64,000 nucleotides of DNA from assembly GCF_009914755.1 (NCBI RefSeq), contig NC_060926.1. One strand, given 5' to 3'. The notes beneath the pieces were generated by a model. The model searched no databases. It was not told the DNA's origin and worked only from the letters and a program-made list of their open reading frames with translations. Positions 1 through 15,244 of the stretch are shown piece by piece. Source of the stretch: the human T2T-CHM13v2.0 reference genome, Homo sapiens. Position 1 is the first letter of the stretch. Every line of letters starts with the position of its first letter. Both the position numbers and the translations under genes were made by a program.

Positions 1-639
1 GAGTGGGTCAGGGTCCGTTTGGAAATTATTTTCAGGAAGCTGGCCCTCTGAGGCCAAATGGTGGGAGGTGGAGGGGACTAGACTTGGGCGGGAAGAAACA
101 TCCTCATCCATCCTCATCCTTATGGAAACCTGTGTCCCAGTTCCCTGTCTGCATCTTCAGGTGCCTCTGGTACAAGTCTATGTGGATGCCTGCCTCAAAC
201 TCATCACACAGAAATGCAGCACTCTCGCCCGCTGCACTGTGGCCCCTTCCAAATGTAGCCCCCTTGGAGAGACACGTATCGCCCACTAAGTGGATCCACT
301 GCAGCCTCCACACTATCTGGGTTCCTCTCTCCCTTTCTCCTCCAAGTCAGCAGGTGACAGGCTCGCTTTGCTTGTGCCTTCCAAAGAACAGAGACTCTAG
401 CATGTCTGCCCTTCGATGGGCCGGCTTGGCCTGGCTGTCTCCTGCTTCCTCAATGGTTTCCTGGGAATACCTGCTGGTAGGTGGGGGATGGCCTAATCCC
501 TGCCAGAGACTCCTTGGCCTTTGATCCTGGTGAGCTGTGCTAGTCCACGTGCAAACACAAAGCCTCTGTTCTCTTTTGGAGGCCTTTTGCATAGTCTGAC
601 AGCTGAGCTGGAGATCCAGGCAGGCCTGCACTTAGCTGT

Positions 640-830
640 GCTCTTGCCTCCAAGGACTGTTCCAACGTGGGGCCATGATTCAGCCTCTTTGAGCCTCAGA
701 TTCTTCTCTGTACACTGGAGATAAGGATGCCCACCTCACAGGGCTGTTTCAGCGATCAGATCTGTAAAGCACTTAGCGTTATGTGTAGGAAGAACTCAAT
801 ACATAATATTAATGCTGAGTATAATTACTG
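640..830 (+). mobile_element. MIR SINE relic
   Basis: Core-like gagcctcagattcttctctgtacactggagataaggatgcccacctcacagggctgtt...tgtaaagcacttagc. Confidence 0.7.
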
Positions 831-994
831 TTATTCCTCAGTAGGCTTCCAGGCCTGCCTGCCCTGAGTCCTCTTGGTCTTCCCTGTTTTATCTCCCCAG
901 CTACAGGAGAGAAGTGACTTGCTCTCCATCCCTCCGTCAATGAAGGGGCTAGGCCATGCACTGTGCTTTGGTGCCCACTGTTCTACTTGGTTTA

Positions 995-1431
<437 letters not shown>

Positions 1432-1560
1432 TTAATCTTTTTTCACTCTGACCATCAGAATTTTCTTGGAAGTTTTCATCACTATTAAGCAGACTCCAAA
1501 AATTAAAGTTAATAATGATCTGGATTAAAGATGCAAAATAATTATTGCTTGCATATATGT

Positions 1561-2454
1561 TGTAGGGGCCAAAGCGAAACCTTTGGCCCTCTGAAGTTTC
1601 ACTGAAAAATCAACTCGCAAAAGACAGATTAAGGCCGGGCACTGTGGCTCAAACCTGTGATTCTAGCACTTTGAGAGGTTGGGGTGGGCAGATCAGTTGA
1701 GGTAAGGAATTCAAGACCAGCTTGGCCAACATGGCAAAACCCTGTCTCTACTAAAAATACAAAAATTAGCTGGACGTGGTGGTGTGTGCCTGTAATCTCA
1801 GCTACTCAGGAGGCTGAGGCATGAGAATCCCTTGAACCAGAGAGACAGATTCAGAGGTTGCAGTGAGCCGAGAGCAGGCCAGCGCACTCCAGCCTGGGCG
1901 ACACAGCAAGACTCTGTCTGAAAAAAAAGGCAGATTAATAGGAGAAAAGGCATACAAAGTTATTCAACGTGTGTATACACAGGAGCCCTCAGAATAAAGA
2001 CCCCACCCCCAACAAAGTACAGAAGCTTAAATATACCATCTTGAGGTTACAGAATGAATGGAGGCTCAGAGCATGGCCAAAAAACAATTATGGTAGTCAA
2101 TCATGTTCTATTGGCAAGACAGATGATGGGAGGAGGAGAAGAGGAGGACTGGCTGACAAAGGTGGTCTTGTTATGTAGATGAAACCTCACAGGTAGCAGC
2201 TCTCAGAGAGAATAGATGATGAATGTTTCTTTCAGATCTTTCACGGTGTCAGAATCTCCCAAATTAATCTCTCCTACATGAGGACTAGGGCAGGACTGGT
2301 TGCATTTCTGGGGATTCACTAAAGATCTCCAGATGCAAATTTTCCCCACAAAAGACCACTTTGTAGAGCCACTTCAGTCTGCCAGCCCTGTGGCAGCCAT
2401 CTCGAAATATGTCAGAGCAATATATTTGGGGGTAAAATATTCTGATTTCCTTTA
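1561..2454 (-). mobile_element. ERV1 solo LTR (MER34/MER39-like), interrupted by an Alu
   Basis: Starts TGTAGGGGCC; minus-strand 5' end reads ..AAAGGAAATCAGAATATTTTACCCCCAAATAT; 4-bp TSD ATGT at 1557-1560 and 2455-2458; homologous to 27659-28265. Confidence 0.8.
1633..1928 (+). mobile_element. AluS inserted in the LTR
   Basis: Full Alu; TSD aaaagacagattaa / aaaaggcagattaa. Confidence 0.95.
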
Positions 2455-2458
2455 ATGT

Positions 2459-2842
2459 GTAATAATATACCCAGAAAACTTCAGAGAATCCACTGAAAGT
2501 CTTATAGAATTAAGAAGAGGCAATCAATACAATACAAACATGGGAAACAACAGCTTTGCATCAGATCAGCATAGAACGGATGTGGGAGAGGAATACTGTT
2601 CTCAATAGCACCAATGTACAGAAGCTGAGAATAACATCAGTAAGATGCACATTGGAAAAAAGAAAAACTAGGAATTATAATGAGACATAAAGAATAAAAC
2701 TTGAATAAATGGAGTAATGTATCGCATTTCTGATGATGCAACAAAATAAATTTTTCTCAAGTTACTTTATGAGTAACAAAATCCAAATAAAATCTCAAAC
2801 CAACACTTCATCTTGATAAAATCATTCTATTATAAGCTTGAC
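2459..2842 (+). mobile_element. Old L1M ORF2 relic
   Basis: A-rich degenerate L1 ORF2-like text (tacccagaaaacttcagagaatccactgaa..., ttgaataaatggag). Confidence 0.55.
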
Positions 2843-2856
2843 AAATAAATGACGGC

Positions 2857-3545
2857 TCAAGAAACAACAGATGCTGGTGAGGCTGTGGAGAGATAGGAAC
2901 GCTTTGACACTGTTGGTGGGAATGTAAATTAGTTCGACCATGGTGGAAGACAGTGTGGCGATTCCTCAAAGAACTAGAACCAGAAATACCATTTGACCCA
3001 GCAATCCCATTACTGGGTATATACTCAAAGTATTATAAATCATTCTACTATAAAGACACATGCACATGTACATTTATTGCAGGACAATAGCAAAGACATG
3101 GAACCAACCCAGATGCCCATCAATGATAGACTGGATGAAGAAAATGTGGTACATATATACCATGGAATACTATGCAGCCATAAAAAAGAATGAGATCATG
3201 TCCTTTGGAGGAATATGGATGAAGCTGGAAGCCATCATCCTCAGCAAACTAACACAGGAACAGAAAACCAAACACTGCATGTTCTCACTCATAAGTGGCA
3301 GTTGAACAATGAGAACACGTGGACGCCAGGAGGGGAACATCACACACCAGGGCCTGTTAGGGGGTGGGGAGGCAAGGGGAGGGAGAACATTAGGACAAAT
3401 ACCTAATGCGTGTGGGGCTTAAAACCTAGATGACAGGTTGATAGGTGCAGCAAACCACCATGGCACATGTATACCTATGTAACAAACCTGCACATTGTGC
3501 ACAAGTATCCTGGGACTTAAAGCAAAATAAAAAAGAAGAAAAAGA
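2857..3545 (+). mobile_element. 5'-truncated L1PA (approx. L1PA7-10), ORF2 C-terminus plus 3'UTR
   Basis: ORF 3060-3305 gives IAKTWNQPRCPSMIDWMKKMWYIYTMEYYAAIKKNE (L1 ORF2p end); G-rich 3'UTR; A tail; TSD aaataaatgac(g/t)gc at 2843-2856 and 3546-3559. Confidence 0.95.
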
Positions 3546-3564
3546 AAATAAATGACTGCAAATG

Positions 3565-3888
<324 letters not shown>

Positions 3889-3899
3889 TAAAAACAAAG

Positions 3900-4995
3900 T
3901 AAAAAATATTACTAAATTTTAAAACTTAATAAAAAGAAAAGAAAGTCATCGTGTTTCTCACAAAAGAAAAGTCAAATCAACAGAGCTAAAGACAAGCCAG
4001 ACACAGGCCAACCATGTGTAAGAACTCATATCATTTTTAAAAACAGTCATCACAAACCAATGAATAAACAACAGATTATTCTATAAGTGGGGTGTGATAA
4101 TTGACTGTTTGGGAGATAAAATTAGCTCTTCTCCCATGACACAGGAAAATTAAATCCCAAATGCATTTTAAAACAAGAAAATCACAGAAAATTAGGAAAA
4201 AATATTTCTAGTTTATATTTAAAAATAATAGACTTGATTATATATCTACAGTAAATAAAATTCATTAGAAAACAAAAGTGAGGGCATATTGGTAACAAAT
4301 GTGAAAGACAAAGGGTTAGTTTCCCTAATAAAGGACCAATATAGGCTGGATAAGGAAAGGGCAGTGATATGAACTCAATGGGAAAGGGTGTCCACAGCTA
4401 TGTTGGGAGGCTTCTGAGAGTCAGAAACTGCTGATGTGGATGTGAACCAGCCAACTTTGCTGGAAAGAAATCCAGCAATTGGTGTCAACAGCATTCAACA
4501 AGCTCATAGCTTTTGACTCAGTAATCCTGCTCTGGAAACATATCCTAAGGAAAGCTGAAATGAGGACGGGGGTTACGCACCCACCCATTGATGGCTGATA
4601 TTTTTACGTAGAACACATGGCAGCCACACTAAGTGACCTTCAAGGGAATGTTTAAGTCAAGTATGAGACATCCACTAGAGGGAATAGTTTTTTAAAGCCA
4701 CTTACATTTTCATACAAAAAATTGCTGCTGAAATGTGACAATGCTTATGATACAATTTTAAGTAGAACAGAAGACAACACTGTGTAACAATGGGATTTCA
4801 CATAGGAACAAAGGCATAGGAGGATGTGGAGGTGGGTGATGTGTATGAATGGCTCGTGCCTGTGTGTGCTGGGCCCAGAGACAATGGTGGAAATGCATGC
4901 ATCTTTTTCTCTTCCTGTATACTGCTAATTTCACATTTTTTTCAAAAATTAAGTATATACTGCTTTTATAATAATCAATAAAGTATAAAAAAGTA
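3900..4995 (+). mobile_element. Old L1ME-like ORF2/3' end fragments
   Basis: Degenerate L1 motifs (gacaaagggttagtttccctaata; ttttgactcagtaatcctgctctggaaacatatcctaagg) and L1ME-type T-rich 3' end. Confidence 0.6.
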
Positions 4996-5159
4996 ATCAA
5001 GTTTGGAAGATTATGGGGGCAAGAACGCAAGACAATTGCTTGAGCAAAGAATGGAGTCACAGCTGGAGTCAATTGTGGGGCATGTGAGTGCACATGTGTG
5101 TGCACGTGTGCACACGGATGCACCAGAGCACTCAATATTTTAAGATGATAGAAATCTGA

Positions 5160-5576
<417 letters not shown>

Positions 5577-5598
5577 TCAAGGTTTCCTGTGGAGGTAT

Positions 5599-6129
5599 TG
5601 TCAGAGTCATTGGAATCAGAGTAACTCCATCTTGAATAGGGGCTGGGTAAAATGAGACTGAGACCTACTGGGCTGCATTCAAAGATGGTTAAATCATTCT
5701 AAGTCGCAGGATGAGATGAGAGGTCGGCACAAGATACAGGTCATAAAGACCTCGTGGATAAAACAGTTTGCAGTAAAGAAGCCGGCCAAATCCCACCAAA
5801 ATCAAAATGGTGACGAAAGTGACCTCTGGTTGTCCTCACTGCTACCAGCACCAGGACAGTTTACGAATGCCGTGGCAACATCAGAAAGTCACCCTATATG
5901 GCCTAAAAAGAGGAGATATGAATGAACCACCCCTTGTTTAGCATATAATCAAGAAATAGCCATAAAAATGGACAACCAGCAGCCCTTGGTGCTGCTCTGT
6001 CTGTGGAGTGGCCATTCTTTTATTCCATTACTTTCCTAATAAACTTGTTTTCACTTTACTCTGTGGACTTCCCCTGAATTATTTCTTTCTTGAGATCCAA
6101 GACTGGATCCGGACCCCTTTCCAGTAAGA
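5599..6129 (+). mobile_element. MER41 solo LTR (MER41A-type)
   Basis: TGTCAGAG..ccatcttgaataggggctgggtaaaat head; AATAAA; ends ggacccctttccagtaaga; 4-bp TSD GTAT at 5595-5598 and 6130-6133. Confidence 0.92.
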
Positions 6130-6299
6130 GTATCAGCCATGACCCATGCAGGAGAAAGAGTGCTTATTTTCCTCCCCCGCAGAGACTAAAGAAAAACAGA
6201 CATCAATTTTCACAGGCTCTCCTGTCTCTGATTTCCAAGAGCACCCTCCATGAGGGCTCCCGTCTATCCTATCCTTCACTCTGGCCCATTGCCCTTCGT

Positions 6300-6470
6300 A
6301 GCACTCATCCCCACCTGACTTTTTATAGACGTATTATCTGTTTTGCTCTGCTTTGTGGCCCCAGAGTGCAAAGTCCAAGAGAGGACAGCATTGTCCATCT
6401 ATCCTCTGCTGTCATGTCCACCACAGCACTGGCACGCAGGAGCACTCAGTAAGAATCTGTTGAATAAAAA
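6300..6470 (+). mobile_element. L2 3' end
   Basis: cacagcactggcacgcaggagcactcagtaagaatctgttgaataaa. Confidence 0.7.
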
Positions 6471-6478
6471 TGCTTGTG

Positions 6479-6972
<494 letters not shown>

Positions 6973-8044
6973 CTATTCCTTGCAGGGTCTCTGCAGATCA
7001 ATGGCTTGAGCCTTTGGAGGATTCGCCTCCCAGATTTCAGAGCTCTGTTATCTCTATCCCCAGCAGGGCCATTTCCACTTCCTGACACAGTGCCTCCCCA
7101 CCCCTCCCTCTGACACACACCCAGAGTACAAAAATCCATTTCCTTTGCCCAACTACGGTTTTCCAGGTCTCCCCACGCTTCACTCCTTGGTCTTAAAATC
7201 CTTTTTGATTCCTTATGAATCTGCCTGTCTTTGGTTAAATACCACATAGATGGCTTTAATGTGTATTGTGAAAATCCATCTCTAGTGCTTCCAGAATATA
7301 AAAATGTGACCAGATCCAATGGAATCATTTCAGGAGAAGTAGGGCAGTGCCGAGAGGCTATTTTTAAACTCTGCATTCTGGTGGTTTGGTGACCTGCCTG
7401 TCTCCTGTTTTCCTGCCCAATGCCAACGCTGAAGGACTTGGTGCTCCAGTTTTGGGTCAGTTCATGGTGCCCGGTGGAGTCCAGCATGGCCCCAGTGAGC
7501 TTGGTGTGGGACTTTTTTTTTTATGGAGGAGCAAAGGTGGAGAAGCCTGAGAAGCTTCCAGGAGACTGGTGGGGAGGGATGCTGAGGGGAGGTACCACTG
7601 TTGCAGAGCAGAGACCTGGAAGTTGCTGCAGGGGCTGTGGGAGGGCTGAGGGGTGACGAGCTGCAGAATCAGGTTCCTCCCAGGCAGGCGGGTCTGGAGA
7701 AACCACACCAGAATGCCTGTGGCGCCGCTCCCCCCGAGTCCCTGCTCCTTCTCCCTTGCATAACAGGGCCCTGCATGTTGGCCCAGGTCAGTGCACACAC
7801 TTGGGCTGCCCCACTGGAACCCTTAGGCACCACACAGTGTATGGGGGAGCCCTGGAGTCCCTGTGCTGGCTGTCCTGAGCCCCAGACCCCACACGGACAC
7901 CGAGTGGGACGGTGCAGTCGCTCCACATCCCTCCACACAGAGGCCACTTTGTGGCGGGTTCCACCTGCCCTCTCTCTCCTTGACTTGCTTCTTTCTTTGT
8001 CAAGCAGTGCACTGTCTTGAACTCTAACATCAAAGTATTTCTTT

Positions 8045-8160
8045 GACCTGTCCTCCATCTGAGTATAAGTACCACAAAGACAAGCATTTGTTTTGTTTAC
8101 TGCTTTTTCCCCGGCTCCTAGAATCACCCCTGGTATATAGTAGGTGCTCAATAAAGGTTT
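8045..8160 (+). mobile_element. L2 3' end
   Basis: ctagaatcacccctggtatatagtaggtgctcaataaa. Confidence 0.7.
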
Positions 8161-10031
8161 GCGGGGGGAAGAAAGGTAAGAAAGATGGAGGGAAGTCAAG
8201 AGAGAGGGAAAGGGAAAGAGTGGGGTTTGTTGGTTCCTCCTTGAGTGATACCACCCACCCTGGGAGAAGCTGAAAGCTCCACATGCTGTCCCTCCCCAGT
8301 GACAGGGACCATCCACGCTGTGGCCTCCAACTCAGCTGCCTCCCTTCATAGGCATCAGCCTTGGCTCTGAGCCTCACCCTGGCCTCTTCTCCCTGTGGGT
8401 GCCCCTGCTCATGGTACCCGAGGGAACACCACCAGCAGAGAGTGCAAGAAGCAGACCAAGTGAGGACCTTCAAGCATGCATAACCACAGGCACCATGGCA
8501 CTGCTTCTCTTGGTGGAAGAGAGAGCAGGGGAGAGTGGTGTCCCCCGTATTTGGTTCCTATAAATTCTCCTGATCTGTCTGCATTCACAGGCTGGGAAAG
8601 ACCCTCAAACGGGCTGCAGTGGCCACCCTAAGAAGTGTTCTTCTTCTGCTTCAGACCCATTTCTTTCAGGACCATAAGCAGCTCTGCTCCTCATCTCCCA
8701 CGCTGTAGACAGGGATCCCTGGTTGGCACTGTTTTCTCTGTCCCTAGCATGCCCGTGTCCTTTGGCTGCAGGCTCCCACCACCCAGCCCTTGCTCCCTGC
8801 ACAGGGTGGTACTCAGTGAATATGTGGTAGCTCTTCTTGGGTTGAAGAAGAGAGGGCAGAAGAAAACCTGCCCCTCCACTTGCTTTCTTGCAGTGGCTTG
8901 TCTCAGCTTGAGTGCTTCCCTTCCCAACTGACCACATCTGAGGCTTTGCTTTGTGCTCCATCCATTCAAAACCAAGCGACCAAACGATGCTTCCCTTGGG
9001 GATTTTCTTTAGAACAAAGACCATTTTCATCAGCACTCTTTTCTCCCGCTCCTGGGTTCCTTCCACCTTTCATGAACTGAGCCCCCTTCTGAAGTAAGGC
9101 GTGGGCACCCTGAATGGAAATGGCTAGATTAATGCGCATGCATGTCCGCACTGGTGCAGGGCACCTGCTTTTCTGGGACAATTGCCATCTGGAATCAGAC
9201 GCCTTCCTCATTGTGTGCCTATTTCTGGACAAAGAAGAGGAGAATTGGACGAGAAGCAGGCCTCCTCTCCCACATCCTCCAGCCACCTGGCAGGCCCGAC
9301 TAAGACACCCGCTCCAGCTCAGGTGGTTTATGTGGCTCCAGTGAGTGGGGCAAGTGGGGCGTTTCATCCCAACCTTCTGCATAACAGCATTAGCAGATCA
9401 GACACTCAGGTCTGGGACAACATGTCCTGAAGGGCATCTCTGGGTTCCCCCTCCAGGGCCTTGGGTGCTGCCCTGCCTCCTCTGCTGAAGGCTGCCTACC
9501 CCCCACCGCCAGAGCAGCAGAGTTCCCTTCAGTAGCTTTCAGGGACTGGAAGGATAGTGGGCTGCCTCTCCCCACAGGTAAGGCTACCATTGGTCTCCTG
9601 GCTCTCAGCGGGCTGGGGGCCCATCCCTGGATAGCAGCTACGGGGAAAGACATGGCTCTGGAGATGGAGGCGAGAGTCAGATGCTGAGACCTCCAACAAT
9701 GTCCGCTTGTGGAGGCTTTACTATTTATAACACTTTTGTTTTCTACAATGAATAGATAATGCTTTTAGAACAGAAAAGTGAAACGTAAATCAACTCCGCA
9801 AGAAACAGGAAGCTCAAAATTTAGATCCGAATAAGTCTTTCCACCCAGGGCTGGTCTAGGGATAGAAGAAAGACTAATGTTTTTGGTAGGAGAGGAAATG
9901 GAGGTGAGGGGCTGTGCTGGAGAAGTCAGCCTGCGGGGGGCGGGGGCAGGCGGGGTAGAATTTCAATTCTGCTCTCAATCTTGTTTTCTTAGAATACAAT
10001 AAAATATTTTCACATAAGATACTGGTCTGGA

Positions 10032-10358
<327 letters not shown>

Positions 10359-10571
10359 TTAGAAATATCAGATTCTGTTAAGTTTTTTATAAATTGTCTT
10401 TGGGAGTGATTGAAGAAATAGTGCGATGTTTTGAATAATCCAAGATCTAAATGTAAACACAATTTAATAAAATTAGAGACAAGGAAAACTATACATGGGG
10501 AGACTATATTACTCTTGACAGGAAATCACTGTGTATGTGCAATTATATTCATGTATTTGTCATTTGTATCT

Positions 10572-10574
<3 letters not shown>

Positions 10575-10617
<43 letters not shown>
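10575..10617. repeat. (AT)21 microsatellite
   Basis: Perfect run, read directly. Confidence 0.98.
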
Positions 10618-10618
<1 letters not shown>

Positions 10619-11704
10619 CCTAGGGAAAGATACCATACACCTAATCAAATGAAAAGTGATAAATTGGAAAAATATTTTCAGCACATGTCAGACAAAAATA
10701 TTCATATGCCTATTGTACAAGGAGATCTCACAAACTGATAAGAAAAACCGATGATCAATTAGAAGACAAGGTCAAGGGGAACAGCTCATGCTTCACTTGA
10801 CTTGGTGATTCTTCAGTAACGAGGGATCCCATCCCATCCCTATGAAGAGTTGGCTTCATGGGAACAGTTTGAACCCTTTTTGGTAATATGGGGAGAGGCC
10901 TGGCCCAGGGTGCTGGGGACCCCCAGTAGGATTGAAGGGAAGACTCTTGGGAGCACCCAGACAATGGCCAAAGGGGATCTGAAAGAAAAGTTTTCAGCAG
11001 CGAAGTCACAGGGGGATCAGGTGTCTACCAGGAGAATGTGGCTGGGCAGGAAGCAAGTGCACACTCTGGAGTGTAATTGAGTAGGTCAAAATCTGTGCTG
11101 TTGTTCCCTTGCCTGCAAAAATAATTCCCTTTCCCCTGTTCTCCTCCTTTTCGGAGGCTCTGTCACTGTCCCTCTGTGCCCACCTGGGCTCTCTCAGATT
11201 CTTGCTATGGGATTATCCTCGCTAGCGTCTTCCCACCATCAGCATGGACAGGAGGGATGGGTGTGCAGGCCACATGAGCCCAAGAGGAAATGGTGCTTGG
11301 GGATACAATTCTCATGAGACCAACATGTGTTTCCTATGTGAGGAGGTGGCCAGGGAACGGTGGCCATAGTCGGCAGGGAGCCTGGGTGACCACATGACAC
11401 AGTAGGGCTGGTAGGACTGCCCAAGGTTATAGATGGTGCTTGTCTTTACTGATGCTGGTGGGCAGCCCGTTGCTTAGTTGACCAACCAGACAAATTCCAA
11501 CACCCTTAAGCCTGCAGCACTGCCCGGCTTATTTCTGAGCGAAAGTGGTTGTGACGTGACAACCTGTAGAATCATGGCATCCACCCATGCATACTATCTC
11601 AGCAATGGCACTGCTGTCTTTCCAGAGTGTAAGTCACAGGCCCACATTTATCCTCGACACCACCCTCTCCCTATGCCTCAGAGGCAGAGTGACCACAGAG
11701 TTTA

Positions 11705-11940
<236 letters not shown>

Positions 11941-11950
11941 AGGAGGATGA

Positions 11951-13103
<1,153 letters not shown>

Positions 13104-13189
13104 GAATAAATGGTTACATTGTAGCGACAGGTAACCATAGACAGTTTCAGCAAATCAAGGTTGCCCAAATCAGAGCCAAACCGTCACAT

Positions 13190-13580
13190 GGATCTCTGAA
13201 CTTTACCTTAGAAAAATCTCTCAAATCTATCCCTTTTTCTCCACTGCCACCACCTCTATCCCAATAACCATCATTTCTTTCCTGGACTGATGTCCACCTA
13301 GGCTTGCACCGGTTTCCAACCAAGTGTTCATTTCAGATGTAAATATGATCATGACAGTTTCTACTTCACCACTTTCAATACCCTCCGAGACACCTCTTTG
13401 CTCTTAGGATACAATTAGAAGAACCTGAAAGGTCTTAATATCTGTTTCCTTCACAAGGATGCCTCCCAGTGAAGACACAGACCCTATTTGCTCACCCTGT
13501 TACCTTTAGTATCTGCTCTGTACCAGTGCTCATTCAGTATCAGCTAAATCACCAAATGAGTGAACCTATGAATGAATCCA
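13190..13580 (+). mobile_element. L2 fragment
   Basis: ccactgccaccacctctatcccaataaccatcatttctttcctggact..; tail aaatgagtgaacctatgaatgaat. Confidence 0.6.
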
Positions 13581-14759
13581 TCAGGTTTCCTGGGCCTGCA
13601 GTCTCTGCTGTGATGGAGAAGGCTGCCTAATATACATGTGAACTCATGTATATTGAGTGTACATGTAATAAAAATATCCCTTATCTAAAGCTCCAATTTT
13701 GTGTCCACTGATGGCGTCCCCTGTCATGTGTCTATGCTGTTTTTGTTTCCATTGAACTTTCGGTATAAATTTAGCTATTTGTATGGTATCTTCCCCTCTC
13801 CCCCTGCCCTCAAATTTGCTATTTACTCCCATAGATTTAAGAGATTATTTGAATTCAAACAAAACGATAAACTCCTACTTTTGTTTCATTCTTTGAAAAA
13901 CAAATTCTATATTTCACTGGAAAAAAATATATTTATCTTCCAGTTAGCTTTCTAAAGGGAGAGCTGGCAGGAAGTAAAGGAGCTGAAAATTACCAACATT
14001 CCATTTTTATTTAATGCATGTTACACAGACATAGTAGTGTTTCAATAGATAGGAACAAATGCTACTATTACATACAAAGGTTAACAGTACAAGGTATGAT
14101 TACCATAAGTCTGCATAACACCTAGAAGAAATAAAAACTACTTTCTAACTCTGGAGCACCCATTTCAATAATAGCAGCGTTTGTTGGGGCGGCTTGAGCG
14201 TATGCCCCTGTGGTTAAGGAGCACGCATGTGTTCTTAAACACCAAATGCATTCACAGTTTTAAGGGAGAGAGAGAATGGAATTTAGCAGAAATATGTATC
14301 TAAATAATGCATAGTTACGATTCCACGGTAAAATATACAATCATCAAAACCATTTAAGAATAATAACCTAAATGCTTTTGATAGGAAAGGTTTTGGGCCA
14401 TGTTTCTTGACGTATTGTATTCAAATTAGCTATGGGAATAACTACACAAGAGCTGTGGTTTTTTCCCCTATGAGGGTCAAAACCTTTTCTTGTCAAAAGT
14501 GTACGAGTTACTCTAAACCTCTAGCCATGGCTCTGCCAAGGCAACAACCCATAAGCAGCAAAAGGCGAGGAAGAACAAGCAGATGCCAATGGCTCCAGGT
14601 TCCTGCAAACTTATTCTTGTTGTTGTTTGTCTCCTGTCCAGATGTCATAGCCATTAGTACCTGCAGGTCCCACCATATTGAGACAGTGAGCCTTGTAAGC
14701 GTCATCATCAAAAAACACAGCAAATATAGGCTGTAAAAGCAAACTCCATAACTGACAAC

Positions 14760-15244
14760 TATAGTAGGCTGAATAACGACCTCCAGAGATACCAGGTACT
14801 AACTCCTGTGTCCCATAAATGTTACCTTATATGGAAAATGGGTCTTTGCAGGTGTGATTAGGTTAAGGATTTTGAGATGGGGAGATTATCCTGAGTTAGC
14901 CTGGTACTCCCTAAATGTAATCACAGAGGGCCTTATAAAAGAGTGACAGAAGGAGAGTCAACACATACTGGAGAGGAGAAGGTGACGTGACCACACAGGC
15001 AGAGATTGGAGTGATGTTGTCACAAGCCAAGGGATGCAGCAGCCCCCGGGACCTGAAGGAAGCAAGGGATGGATTCTCCCCTAGATCATCAGGAGGGAGC
15101 CCTGCCCAACCCACACCTTAATTTTGGCCCAGTGAAACTGATTTTGGATATTTGGCCTCCAGACTGTGAGAGAAGAAAGTTTTGTTGCTTTTTAGCTGCC
15201 AAGTTGATGGTGATTTGTTACAGCAGCCACAGGGAGCAAATACA
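14760..15244 (+). mobile_element. MLT1 (C/D-like) solo LTR
   Basis: gtctttgcaggtgtgattaggttaaggattttgagatggggagattatcctg; ends ..aaataca; 5-bp TSD acaac/gcaac. Confidence 0.9.

Noticed and set aside
3-524. 173-aa ORF at the window start
   Set aside because: Non-ATG start and no recognisable domain; composition typical of a chance ORF
3060-3305. ORFs with real protein similarity here and at 52459-52758
   Set aside because: L1 ORF2p C-terminal remnants, not host genes
4672-4685. CTCF-like ccactagagggaa, and similar sites near 55400 and 60087
   Set aside because: Mismatches at key positions; cannot be told apart from chance without data
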